This document shows, piece after piece, positions 1 to 9,046 of a stretch of DNA of 64,000 nucleotides. The stretch spans positions 43,411 through 107,410 of the forward strand of contig JAIXPC010000011.1 of assembly GCA_027486415.1 (NCBI GenBank). Reading direction: 5' to 3'. The notes beneath the pieces are model-generated. The model worked only from the letters and a program-made list of their open reading frames with translations, was not told the origin of the DNA and ran no database searches. The stretch comes from Sphingomonadales bacterium (GTDB lineage Bacteria; Pseudomonadota; Alphaproteobacteria; Sphingomonadales; Sphingomonadaceae). The translations under genes and the position numbers were made by a program. Position 1 is the first letter of the stretch. Each line of letters starts with the position of its first letter.

Positions 1-457
1 GGATCTTGTCCGCCGCAATGCCGTGCTGAGCCAGCACCTTGTCGTGCGCGTCGATGCACATGCCGCAGCCGTTCACCGCCGACACCGCCAGGCTGAACAG
101 CTCGAAATCGGCCTTTTCGATGCCGGGCGCGCCGATCACGTTCATCCTCAGCTTGGCCGGCATCGTCTTGTAGTCCGGCCGCGACGCCATGTAGGTGAAG
201 CGGTAATAGATATTGTTCATCGCCATGATGCTGGCAGCAGCCTTGGCGGCGTTCATCGCCTCCGCGCTCAGCTTGCCAGCGGCTTCGGCCTCGACCGCAT
301 CGATCAGTGGCTTGTGCGCGCAGGCATGGGCGACGGCGACGATGGTGCCCCACTTCTGCTGGTCGTTCAGCAGCTGTTCGTTCAGCAGGCTGGAGACGTT
401 GAGGCGCAGATCCTTGGCGTAATCAGGCAGGGTCTTGGCGAGTTCGGAGAAGATCAT
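1..457 (-). CDS. ahpD: alkyl hydroperoxide reductase AhpD (carboxymuconolactone decarboxylase family); C-terminus cut by window edge
   Basis: Not in the ORF track because it is open-ended. Manual reverse translation from ATG at 457..455 gives MIFSELAKTLPDYAKDLRLNVSSLLNEQ...SAVNGCGMCIDAHDKVLAQHG with the AhpD CxxC pair. Lies downstream of ahpC on the same strand. Confidence 0.85.
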   Translation of the reverse strand, partial: MIFSELAKTLPDYAKDLRLNVSSLLNEQLLNDQQKWGTIVAVAHACAHKPLIDAVEAEAAGKLSAEAMNAAKAAASIMAMNNIYYRFTYMASRPDYKTMPAKLRMNVIGAPGIEKADFELFSLAVSAVNGCGMCIDAHDKVLAQHGIAADKI

Positions 458-628
458 GGGGGTTCCTTTCCCCTCGATGGGGGAGGGTTATGCGAAGGGG
501 AAGGGGGCCGCGGGCAAAAGCCCGCGGCTGACGTCGAAGCGGTCCACGGCGCAGGAGCGCGCCGCGCCCGCCCGGCCGAGCTTGCGCGAGTGGGGGGGAT
601 AGCGCTGCGCGCTATCCCCGCGCCGCGC

Positions 629-1177
629 TTACGCTGCGGGCTTCAGCGTTTCCTGGCCTTCGGTCCAGTTGCACGGGCACAGCTCGTCGGTCTGCAGCGC
701 ATCGAGGATACGCAGCGTTTCGGCCGGGTTGCGGCCGACATTGAGGCCGTTGACCGTGATGTGCTGGATCACGTTGTCCGGATCGATGATGAAGGTGGCG
801 CGCAGCGGCACGCCGGCGCCGGCCACGATGATGCCCAGCGCGTCAGCCAGCAGCTTCGAATTGTCGGCCAGCCACGGGAAATCGCAGGCGGCCAGGCGCT
901 CGTCCGACTTGCGCCAGGCGAAGTGCACGAAATCGGTGTCGGTCGACGCGCCGATCAGCACGGCGTCACGATCGGCGAAATCGCTCTTGAGGTCGCCATA
1001 GCCGATGATTTCCGTCGGGCAGACGAAGGTGAAATCCTTCGGCCAGTAAAACAGCACCTTCCACTTGCCCGGATAGGCCTTGGTGATGTCGAGGGTTTCG
1101 CCGTTCGGCAGTGCGGCAACGCCCTGCTGCACCGGCAGATCGAACGAGGGGACGGTATCGCCAACGGTAAGAGCCAT
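629..1177 (-). CDS. ahpC: peroxiredoxin AhpC (typical 2-Cys)
   Basis: Track ORF 629..1276 trimmed to internal ATG at 1177 (MALTVGDTVPSF...). Peroxidatic motif DFTFVCPTE and resolving Cys in ELCPCNW. Confidence 0.92.
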   Translation of the reverse strand: MALTVGDTVPSFDLPVQQGVAALPNGETLDITKAYPGKWKVLFYWPKDFTFVCPTEIIGYGDLKSDFADRDAVLIGASTDTDFVHFAWRKSDERLAACDFPWLADNSKLLADALGIIVAGAGVPLRATFIIDPDNVIQHITVNGLNVGRNPAETLRILDALQTDELCPCNWTEGQETLKPAA

Positions 1178-1275
1178 GGGATGATCCTTTGGAAAAACGG
1201 GGGTTGAAACTGGTGCGAGCGGGATCAGTCCCGCCCGGCACCTTGCCCCTTGCGCCGTCACGAGATAGAAATCCA

Positions 1276-1312
1276 ATCGATAATATCGCTGTTACAAATC
1301 GGATTTATCGAT
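1276..1312. promoter_or_regulatory. candidate OxyR operator in the ahpC-oxyR divergent region
   Basis: ATCGataatatCGCTgttacaaATCGgatttatCGAT: four tetranucleotides spaced N7, forming two dyads two helical turns apart. This is the architecture of the ATAG-N7-CTAT-N7-ATAG-N7-CTAT OxyR motif with ATCG/CGAT variants. AT-rich island in GC-rich DNA; overlaps the oxyR ATG. Confidence 0.5.
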
Positions 1313-2216
1313 GGCTGCATTCCTCCCGACGCTGAAGCAGCTGCAATATCTGACCGCGCTGCATATCCACGGCCATTTCGGCCGCGCTGCCGAAGCCTGT
1401 TTCGTCACCCAGTCGACGCTGTCCGCCGGCCTGGCCGAGCTGGAATCGCTGCTGGGCGTGCGGCTGGTGGAACGCAATCGCCGGGTGGTGCGCTTCAGCC
1501 CGATGGGGGAGCGCGTGGTGGCCAAGGCCTATGACGTGCTGCGCGAGGCCGATGAACTGGCCGGGCTGACGGTGGGCGGCGACAAGCCGCTGGCCGGCCC
1601 GCTGCGGCTGGGGGTGATCCCCACCATCGCGCCCTATCTGCTGCCGCGCGTGCTGCCCCATGTTCGCAGCCGCTGGCCCGATCTGAAGCTGTATCTGCGC
1701 GAAGACATGAGCGGCCCGGCCACCGAGGCACTGGCGCGCGGCATGCTGGACGTGGTGTTGCTGGCGCTGCCGTGGGAGACGCCGGGGCTGGCGGTGATGC
1801 CGCTGTTCGATGATGCCTTCCATCTGGTGTTCCGGCCCGGCGACCTGCCCGACCCGCCGCCGGCCGTGGCCCCGGATTCGATCGATCCGCATCACCTGCT
1901 GCTGCTGGAAGACGGGCATTGCCTGAAGGAACAGGCGCTTTCGGCCTGCGGGCGTCCGGAATTGCGCGCCGATCCCGGCCATCGCGGCACCAGCCTCGTC
2001 ACGCTGGTGCAGATGGTGGCCGGCGGGCTGGGGCAGACGCTGGTGCCGAAAATGGCGCTGGACGCCGGCATCATCGCCGGCACCAACCTGATCGCCCGGC
2101 CGGTGATGGGCAATGCATCGCGTTCGATCGCGCTGGTGTGGCGGCACAACAGCCCGCGCGAGCCGGAGTTCCGTTTGCTGGGCGAGACATTATTGGCAGG
2201 ATTGGCGCTGGCGTGA
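1311..2216 (+). CDS. oxyR: LysR-family hydrogen peroxide sensor OxyR
   Basis: N-terminal HTH (FGRAAEACFVTQSTLSAGLAELE). Redox pair LLLEDGHCLKEQALSAC has the C-x9-C spacing of E. coli C199/C208. Divergent from ahpCD. Confidence 0.88.
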   Translation: MAAFLPTLKQLQYLTALHIHGHFGRAAEACFVTQSTLSAGLAELESLLGVRLVERNRRVVRFSPMGERVVAKAYDVLREADELAGLTVGGDKPLAGPLRLGVIPTIAPYLLPRVLPHVRSRWPDLKLYLREDMSGPATEALARGMLDVVLLALPWETPGLAVMPLFDDAFHLVFRPGDLPDPPPAVAPDSIDPHHLLLLEDGHCLKEQALSACGRPELRADPGHRGTSLVTLVQMVAGGLGQTLVPKMALDAGIIAGTNLIARPVMGNASRSIALVWRHNSPREPEFRLLGETLLAGLALA

Positions 2217-2262
2217 CCGCCGGCTAAGGTGCCGCCACATTCGCATCTGGGGAGATCGTCAC

Positions 2263-3237
2263 ATGAAGGCCGTGCTGTGCGTGGAACACGGGCCACCGGA
2301 AAAGCTGGTGGTGAAGGATGTGGAAACGCCGCAGCCGGCGCGCGGCCAGGTGCGGATCAACGTGAAGGCGGTGGGGGTGAACTTCCCCGATACGCTGATC
2401 ATCCAGAATCTCTATCAGTTCAAACCCGCGCTGCCGTTCAGCCCCGGTGGTGAATGCGCCGGCGTGGTGAGCGCGGTGGGCGAGGGCGTGACCGATATCG
2501 CGGTGGGCGACCACGTGATCGCGATGACCGGCCACGGCGCCATGGCCGAGGAAGTGATCGCCAACCGCGCCCAGATCGTGCGGATGGCGCCCGGTATGCC
2601 GTTCGACATCGCGGCCGGCTTCACCATGACCTATGGCACCAGCCATCACGCGCTGAAGCAGCGCGGCCAGTTGCAGCCCGGCGAGACGCTGCTGGTGCTG
2701 GGCGCGGCTGGCGGCGTTGGCCTGACCGCGGTGGAGCTGGGCAAGGTGATGGGCGCGAAGGTGATCGCGGCCGCCTCGTCGGATGAAAAGCTGGCGCTGT
2801 GCCGCGAGATGGGCGCCGACGAGGTGATCAATTACAGCACCGAGGACCTGAAGGAACGGGTGAAGCAGCTGACCGGCGGCAAGGGTGCTGACGTGATCTA
2901 TGATCCCGTGGGTGACCGCTTTGCCGAGCCGGCGTTCCGCAGCATTGCGTGGAACGGGCGTTACCTGGTGGTGGGCTTTGCCGCCGGCGCGATCCCGGCG
3001 CTGCCGCTGAACCTGCCGCTGATCAAGGGGGCCAGCATCGTCGGCGTGTTCTGGGGCGCGTTCACCCAGGCCGAACCGGCCGTGCATCGCGACAACATGG
3101 AAGAGCTGCTGCGCTGGTATGGCGAGGGCAAGCTGAAGCCGCACGTTTCCCGGCATTTCCCGCTGGCGGAAGGGCCGGAAGCGATCCGCTGGATGATGGA
3201 TCGCAAGGCCATGGGCAAGATCGTCCTCACCGTTTGA
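2263..3237 (+). CDS. NADPH:quinone oxidoreductase (MDR / zeta-crystallin family)
   Basis: Track ORF 2113..3237 trimmed to ATG 2263 preceded by GGAGA. MKAVLCVEHGPPEKLVV..., GAAGGVG Rossmann motif, ends MGKIVLTV. Confidence 0.85.
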   Translation: MKAVLCVEHGPPEKLVVKDVETPQPARGQVRINVKAVGVNFPDTLIIQNLYQFKPALPFSPGGECAGVVSAVGEGVTDIAVGDHVIAMTGHGAMAEEVIANRAQIVRMAPGMPFDIAAGFTMTYGTSHHALKQRGQLQPGETLLVLGAAGGVGLTAVELGKVMGAKVIAAASSDEKLALCREMGADEVINYSTEDLKERVKQLTGGKGADVIYDPVGDRFAEPAFRSIAWNGRYLVVGFAAGAIPALPLNLPLIKGASIVGVFWGAFTQAEPAVHRDNMEELLRWYGEGKLKPHVSRHFPLAEGPEAIRWMMDRKAMGKIVLTV

Positions 3238-3253
3238 CAAGAAGGCAGCCGCC

Positions 3254-4696
3254 ATGGCCCTGCGCGATACCTATCCGATGTATGTGGCCAACAAGGCCGA
3301 ACAGCCCAACGCCGATCTGGTCGTCACCGACAAGCTGACCGGCAAGCCGGCAACCCGGGTGGCAATGGCCGATGCCGCCACCATCGATCGGGCCATTGGG
3401 GCAGCCGTGACGGCGGCACCGGCGATGGCCAGGATGGCGAGTTACGAGCGGCAGGCGGTGCTGACCCACTGCGCGGCGCGCTTTGCCGAGCGCGCCGATG
3501 AACTGGCCGACGCGCTGTGCATCGAGGCCGGCAAGCCGATCCGCGATTCCCGCGGCGAGGTGGGCCGGCTGATCGACACGTTCCGCATTGCCGCCGAAGA
3601 AAGCGTGCGGATGACGGGCGAAGTGCAGCCGCTCGACATCGCGGCCCGCGCCCGCGGCTATCAGGGCATGTGGAAACGGATGCCGATCGGGCCGTGCAGC
3701 TTCATCAGTCCGTTCAACTTCCCGTTGAACCTTGCCGCCCACAAGATCGCGCCGGCCATTGCCGTGGGCTGCCCGTTCGTGATGAAGCCAGCCAGCCGCA
3801 CGCCGCTGGGGGCCATCATGATCGGCGAGGTGCTGGCTGAAACCAACCTGCCGGCCGGGGCCTTTTCGATCCTGCCGGCCAGCCGCGACGGTGCCGACCT
3901 GTTCACCACCGATGACCGGCTGAAGCTGTTGAGCTTCACCGGGTCGCCGGAAGTGGGCTGGGATCTGAAGGCGCGGGCCGGCAAGAAGAAGGTGGTGCTG
4001 GAACTGGGCGGCAATGCGGCCGTGGTGATCATGCCCGATGCCGATCTCGATGATGCGGCGGCGCGCACCCTGTTCGGCGCCTTTTACCAGTCGGGCCAGT
4101 CGTGCGTGGGGGTGCAGCGCATCCTGGTGCATGACGCGGTGTATGATGCCTTCAAAGCCAAATTGGTCGAACAGGCGTCCCGGCTGATCGCCGGCGATCC
4201 GCGCGACGAGGCGACATTCGTCGGCCCGATGATCGACGTGAAGGAGGCCGAACGGCTGGAGCGCTGGATCGCCGAGGCCGTGGCCGGCGGGGCAAAGCTG
4301 CTGTGCGGAGGCCAGCGCGATGGTGCCATGCTGGCAGCGACGCTTCTGGAGGACGTGCCGAAGACGGCAAAGCTCAACACCGAGGAAGCCTTCGGCCCGG
4401 TGGCCTTCTTCGCCCGCTTCCGGGATTTCAACGAAGCGCTGGACATGGTCAACGACAGCAAGTTCGGCCTGCAGGCCGGCATCTTCACCCGCGATCTGTT
4501 CCAGATGCTGAAGGCGTGGGACGATCTGGATGTGGGCGGCGTCGTCATCAACGATGTGCCCAGTTATCGGGTCGACAACATGCCTTATGGCGGCGTCAAG
4601 GAATCCGGGCTGGGCCGCGAAGGCGTGCGCTTTGCGATGGAGGACATGACCGAGATCCGCAATCTCGTCATCCGCCGCCGCCCGGAAGACATGTGA
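3254..4696 (+). CDS. NAD(P)-dependent aldehyde dehydrogenase
   Basis: 480 aa with ELGGNA and catalytic-Cys context GQSCVGVQR, plus EEAFGPV. Confidence 0.88.
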   Translation: MALRDTYPMYVANKAEQPNADLVVTDKLTGKPATRVAMADAATIDRAIGAAVTAAPAMARMASYERQAVLTHCAARFAERADELADALCIEAGKPIRDSRGEVGRLIDTFRIAAEESVRMTGEVQPLDIAARARGYQGMWKRMPIGPCSFISPFNFPLNLAAHKIAPAIAVGCPFVMKPASRTPLGAIMIGEVLAETNLPAGAFSILPASRDGADLFTTDDRLKLLSFTGSPEVGWDLKARAGKKKVVLELGGNAAVVIMPDADLDDAAARTLFGAFYQSGQSCVGVQRILVHDAVYDAFKAKLVEQASRLIAGDPRDEATFVGPMIDVKEAERLERWIAEAVAGGAKLLCGGQRDGAMLAATLLEDVPKTAKLNTEEAFGPVAFFARFRDFNEALDMVNDSKFGLQAGIFTRDLFQMLKAWDDLDVGGVVINDVPSYRVDNMPYGGVKESGLGREGVRFAMEDMTEIRNLVIRRRPEDM

Positions 4697-4773
4697 GGCC
4701 ACGGGCCATGTGAGGGCAGGCGAGGGCGGCGGCGCACTTTCCCCGCCGCCGCCATCCTGCTAGGAACGCGGTC

Positions 4774-5577
4774 ATGCCCCGTTTTTCGCGCTCCGTGCTG
4801 TTGTCCCTGTCGGCTCTGGCCGTCCTGTCGGGCTGTGCCGGTGGCGGCGGCAAGGCGCGCAAGGATCAATCCTATGTCGCGCAGGATGTGGAAACGCTCT
4901 ACACTGCGGCGCAGGCGACGCTGGCCCGCCGCCAATATCGCCTGGCCGGCGCGCAGTTCGACGAAGTGGAGCGCCAGCACCCCTACAGCGTGTGGGCGCG
5001 GCGGGCGCAGCTGATGTCGTCCTTCTGTTATTATGCGGCCGGCGAATATCAGGAAGCCATTGGCGCGGCGCAGCGATTCCTGTCGCTGCATCCCGGCAGC
5101 CGCGAGGCACCCTATGCCTATTACATGGTGGCGCTGAGCCACTACAACCAGATCATGCCGGTCAACAAGGATCAGAAGACCACCCAGCAGGCGCTTGATT
5201 CGCTGGGCGAACTGATCCGGCGTTATCCCAACACCGATTATGCCGCCGATGCCCGGCTGAAGATCGATCTGGCGCGCGACCATCTGGCCGGCAAGGAGAT
5301 GGAGATCGGCCGTTTCTATCAGAGCCAGGGCCTGTATCTGGCGGCCATCATCCGGTTCCGCACCGTGGTCGACAAGTTCGACACCACCAGCCACACGCCC
5401 GAGGCGCTGCATCGTCTGGTCGAATCCTATCTGGCGATGGGCATTCCGGAAGAGGCCGCCAAGGCCGCTGCCGTTCTGGGCAACAACCATGCCGAATCGA
5501 AATGGTATGATCGCAGTTACAAGCTGATCAGCCGCTGGGTGCCGGAAGCGCCGAAGAAGCCGGCGACGCAGGGCTGA
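4774..5577 (+). CDS. bamD: outer membrane protein assembly factor BamD (TPR lipoprotein)
   Basis: Lipobox LSGCAG. TPR-like repeats and the typical BamD stretch YAYYMVALSHYNQI...RYPNTDYAADA. Confidence 0.85.
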   Translation: MPRFSRSVLLSLSALAVLSGCAGGGGKARKDQSYVAQDVETLYTAAQATLARRQYRLAGAQFDEVERQHPYSVWARRAQLMSSFCYYAAGEYQEAIGAAQRFLSLHPGSREAPYAYYMVALSHYNQIMPVNKDQKTTQQALDSLGELIRRYPNTDYAADARLKIDLARDHLAGKEMEIGRFYQSQGLYLAAIIRFRTVVDKFDTTSHTPEALHRLVESYLAMGIPEEAAKAAAVLGNNHAESKWYDRSYKLISRWVPEAPKKPATQG

Positions 5578-5993
5578 TGCCGATTCCGGTAACGCTGATC
5601 ACCGCCGGCCTGCTGGGGCTGGTGTTCCTTGCCCTGACCATCCGCGTCGTCGGCCGGCGCATGTCGGGCAAGATCATGATCGGTGACGGCGGGGATCAGC
5701 AGATGCTCGAACGCATCCGCGCCCACGCCAATTTCACCGAGCATGTGCCGATCACCCTCATCCTGATGGCGGGGATCGAGCTGGCCAGCGGGCATGGGTC
5801 GCTCTGGCTGTGGCTGGCGGGTGGGTTGCTGGTCATCGCCCGCATCGCCCACGCCATCGGCATGAGCCGGCCTTCGCCCAACCCGTTCCGCGCCGGCGGC
5901 GCACTGATCAGCTGGGGGCTGATCCTGGCGCTGTCGCTGTGGGCGCTGTGGCTGGGCCTGGTGCCGCCGATGGCCCCGGCGAATTTCGTCTAA
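5577..5993 (+). CDS. MAPEG family membrane protein
   Basis: 138 aa, 3-4 TM, conserved GDGGDQQMLERIRAHANFTEHVP. ATG overlaps the bamD stop (TGATG). Confidence 0.75.
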   Translation: MPIPVTLITAGLLGLVFLALTIRVVGRRMSGKIMIGDGGDQQMLERIRAHANFTEHVPITLILMAGIELASGHGSLWLWLAGGLLVIARIAHAIGMSRPSPNPFRAGGALISWGLILALSLWALWLGLVPPMAPANFV

Positions 5994-6652
5994 CCCAGCA
6001 TCCGGTCGGCCACGAAGGCATTGGCCTGCCGCTCGCGGCCAAAGGTGCTCATCGGGCCGTGGCCGGGCACGAAGGCCGTGTCATTGCCCAGCGGCCACAG
6101 CTTGGTGGTGATCGCCGTCACCAGATCATTGTAATTGCCCTTGGGGAAATCGGTGCGGCCGATGCTGCCCTGGAACAGCACGTCGCCCACGATGGCCAGC
6201 TGCGACGGCGCATGGTGGAACACGACATGGCCCGGCGTGTGGCCGGGGCAGTGATAGACATCCAGAACGAGATCGCCCACCGTCACCTGGTCGCCATCCT
6301 CAAGCCAGCGATCCGGCGTGAAGGCTTCGGCGCCCGGCACGCCATAAGCGGCACCCTGGGCCGGGTTCATGTCGATCCAGAACTTATCGTCGCGGTGCGG
6401 CCCCTCGATCGGCACGCCCAGATCGCGGGCCAGAACGGCTGTCAGCCCGCAATGATCAATATGGCCGTGGGTGACGAGCAGCTTTTCGATGGTGACGCCC
6501 TGATCGGCCGCCACCTGTTTCAGGCGATCAAGATCCCCGCCCGGATCGGTGAAGGCACCGCGCATGGTGCGGGTGCACCAGATCAGGGTGCAATTCTGCT
6601 GCAGCGGTGTGACCGGCACGATCACGGCCTGAAGGGGCGGCTTTTCCGTCAT
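5990..6652 (-). CDS. MBL-fold metallo-hydrolase (glyoxalase II-like)
   Basis: Track ORF 5990..7132 trimmed to ATG 6652 (MTEKPPLQAVIVPV...). Metal motif THGHIDHCG, later CPGHTPGH. Confidence 0.85.
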   Translation of the reverse strand: MTEKPPLQAVIVPVTPLQQNCTLIWCTRTMRGAFTDPGGDLDRLKQVAADQGVTIEKLLVTHGHIDHCGLTAVLARDLGVPIEGPHRDDKFWIDMNPAQGAAYGVPGAEAFTPDRWLEDGDQVTVGDLVLDVYHCPGHTPGHVVFHHAPSQLAIVGDVLFQGSIGRTDFPKGNYNDLVTAITTKLWPLGNDTAFVPGHGPMSTFGRERQANAFVADRMLG

Positions 6653-6737
6653 GCCACCATCAGTGGCCAATCCACGCCCGCTGTGCAAGCCACTGCCAAC
6701 ATTGCGCTTACGTAATGAGACAAGGCGCGATCTGCTG

Positions 6738-6756
6738 TTACCTTGCGATAAGGTAA
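6738..6756. promoter_or_regulatory. 7-bp inverted repeat abutting the SulP start codon
   Basis: TTACCTTgcgatAAGGTAA ends 2 nt before ATG 6759 and covers the only SD-like AAGG. A TTACGTAA palindrome lies at 6708..6715. Confidence 0.3.
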
Positions 6757-6758
6757 TA

Positions 6759-8348
6759 ATGGAACAGGTAACCATGCAGCGACCGGGTTTGGCCAGCTGG
6801 CGGCAGGATGTGCCTGCCTCGATCGTGGTGGCGCTGGTCGCGCTGCCCCTGTGCCTGGGGGTGGCGCTGGCATCGGGCGCTCCGCTGATTTCGGGGCTGG
6901 TTGCCGGCATCGTCGGCGGCATCGTCGTTGGCGCGCTCAGCGGATCATCGCTGTCGGTCGCCGGCCCGGCAGCGGGGCTGACCACGATCGTGCTGGCCGC
7001 CATCACCAGCCTGCCGAGTTTCGAAGCCTTCCTGATGGCCGTGTGCCTTGCCGGCCTGCTGCAACTGCTGTTTGCCGCGACGCGCGGCGGCGTGATTGCC
7101 GAATTCGTGCCCGGCGCGGTGATCACCGGCATGCTGGCGGCGATCGGCCTGATCCTGATCCTGAAACAGTTGCCGCACGCCGTCGGCTATGACGGTGATC
7201 CCGAGGGCGACTTCAGCTTTTTCCAGCCCGATGGTGACAACACGCTGAGCGCGCTCACCCACATGCTGTCGAACGATTTCCTGTGGGGCGCGGCGCTGAT
7301 CGCTGCCATCAGCCTGGCCTTCCTGTTCTGGTGGGACAAGGCGCGGCCCAAGGAGGGCACGCTGAAATTGCTGCCGGGGCCGCTGGTGGTGGTGCTGTTT
7401 GCCGTGGTGGCGAACGAGGCCTTCAAGCAGGTCGCCCCCGGCCTTGCCATCGCGCCGACGCACCTGGTGCAGATGCCGGTATCGGAAACGCCGTGGGCGT
7501 TGATCGACCAGGTGCGGCTGCCCGATCCGGGGGCGCTCTCCAACCCCAAGGTGTGGACGGTGGCGCTGACGCTGGCGATCGTGGCCAGCCTGGAATCGCT
7601 GCTGTCGGTAAAGGCGGTCGATGAACTTGATCCCAAGCGGCGGGTGACAGACAAGAACCGCGAGCTGCTGGCGCAGGGCGCGGGCAATTTCGTGTCGGGC
7701 CTGCTGGGCGGCCTGCCGGTGACATCGGTGATCGTCAGATCGTCGGCCAACGTTGAATCGGGCGCGGATTCGCGGCTGTCGACGATGCTGCATGGCCTGT
7801 GGCTGCTGCTGGGCCTGGCGCTGATCCCCGCGGTGCTCAACCTGATCCCGCTCTCGGCGTTGGCGGCCGTGCTGATTGCCACCGGTTACAAGCTGGCCAA
7901 GCCGGCGCTGTTCGTGCAGCGCTGGAAACAGGGATACAGCCAGTTCATCCCCTTCGTCGTCACCGTGGGCGCGATCCTGTTCACCGATCTCTTGGTCGGG
8001 ATCGGCATCGGGCTGGTGGTGGGCATGGGCTTTGTCATCTGGCGATCCACCGGCAACATCATCACCTATGTCGAACATGGCGGGCAGGTGATGGTGCGGG
8101 CGCGGCGCAACCTCTATTTCATGCACAAGCCGGCGTTGCAGCAGGCGCTGGAGCGGGTACCGGCGGGATCGGAACTGCTGATCGACCTGTCGGCCACCTC
8201 CTATGTCGATCTGGATTGTGTCGACATCATCAACGGCTTCGTGCGCGCCGCGGCCTATCGCCAGATCGACGTGAAGCTGCGCGCTGATCATGCGCGCACC
8301 ACCGCCGCCCTGATCAACGCCCCCATCACCCGCGCCCGCGCGACCTGA
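6759..8348 (+). CDS. SulP family anion (sulfate/bicarbonate) transporter with C-terminal STAS domain
   Basis: Track ORF 6651..8348 trimmed to ATG 6759 (alternative ATG 6774). Polytopic SulP core ending in a soluble STAS-like tail (YFMHKPALQQALE...IDLSATSYVDLDCVD). Confidence 0.88.
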   Translation: MEQVTMQRPGLASWRQDVPASIVVALVALPLCLGVALASGAPLISGLVAGIVGGIVVGALSGSSLSVAGPAAGLTTIVLAAITSLPSFEAFLMAVCLAGLLQLLFAATRGGVIAEFVPGAVITGMLAAIGLILILKQLPHAVGYDGDPEGDFSFFQPDGDNTLSALTHMLSNDFLWGAALIAAISLAFLFWWDKARPKEGTLKLLPGPLVVVLFAVVANEAFKQVAPGLAIAPTHLVQMPVSETPWALIDQVRLPDPGALSNPKVWTVALTLAIVASLESLLSVKAVDELDPKRRVTDKNRELLAQGAGNFVSGLLGGLPVTSVIVRSSANVESGADSRLSTMLHGLWLLLGLALIPAVLNLIPLSALAAVLIATGYKLAKPALFVQRWKQGYSQFIPFVVTVGAILFTDLLVGIGIGLVVGMGFVIWRSTGNIITYVEHGGQVMVRARRNLYFMHKPALQQALERVPAGSELLIDLSATSYVDLDCVDIINGFVRAAAYRQIDVKLRADHARTTAALINAPITRARAT

Positions 8349-8355
8349 GGATGCC

Positions 8356-8994
8356 ATGAAGGAAGTCGATCAGCTGCTGCTGTCAAACCGGGCGTGGGCG
8401 GCGGAAATGCTCCACGAGAACCCGGAGTTCTTCAACCGCAACATCAACTGGCAGCGGCCGGTGTTCCTGTGGATCGGCTGTTCCGACAGCCGGGTGGCGC
8501 CGGATCAGATGACCCAGTCGGTGCCGGGCGGGCTGTTCGTCCACCGCAACATCGCCAACCTCGTCTATCCCGACGATCGCAACCTGATGGCGGTGCTGGA
8601 TTATGCGGTGAACGTGCTGGAGGTGGCCCACATCGTCATCTGCGGCCATTATGGCTGTGGCGGCATCCAGGCGGCACTCGACGGCGCGCCGGACGGTGCC
8701 ATTGCCAACTGGCTGGAGCACGCGCGCCAGGTGCGCGACGATCACGAGGCCGAGCTTGCGGGGCTGCCGGAGGGCGAACAGCGGGTCAACCGGCTGGTGG
8801 AAATCAACGTGCGTGACCAGCTGCTGCATCTGGCCGGCACGCCCGCCGTGCAGGCGGCATTTGCGGCCGGCAAGCCGCTGCTGCTGCACGGCTGGGTCTA
8901 TGATCTGCGCGACGGCCATATCAAGCCGCTGGTGCGGATCGACCGCGATACGGTGCTGGACGAGGTGCCCAAGCCCGAACGCGTGCTGCTGTAA
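8356..8994 (+). CDS. can: beta-class carbonic anhydrase
   Basis: Near-collinear with E. coli Can as I recall it. Zinc ligand motifs WIGCSDSR and ICGHYGCGG. Confidence 0.9.
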   Translation: MKEVDQLLLSNRAWAAEMLHENPEFFNRNINWQRPVFLWIGCSDSRVAPDQMTQSVPGGLFVHRNIANLVYPDDRNLMAVLDYAVNVLEVAHIVICGHYGCGGIQAALDGAPDGAIANWLEHARQVRDDHEAELAGLPEGEQRVNRLVEINVRDQLLHLAGTPAVQAAFAAGKPLLLHGWVYDLRDGHIKPLVRIDRDTVLDEVPKPERVLL

Positions 8995-8998
8995 CGAA

Positions 8999-9026
8999 AG
9001 GGCCGCCGGGTTGCCCCGACGGCCCT
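8999..9026. terminator. GC-rich hairpin between convergent can and ridA-like genes
   Basis: agggccg/cggccct outer stem plus cggg/cccg inner stem. No clear U-tract. Confidence 0.4.
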
Positions 9027-9046
9027 GTGCGCGGTGACTGGCGGCC

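Noticed and set aside
23-1207. 394-aa plus-strand ORF at the left edge
   Set aside because: Antisense shadow of ahpD and ahpC. The translation is Arg/Gly/His-rich nonsense with no motifs, while the opposite strand gives textbook AhpD and AhpC.
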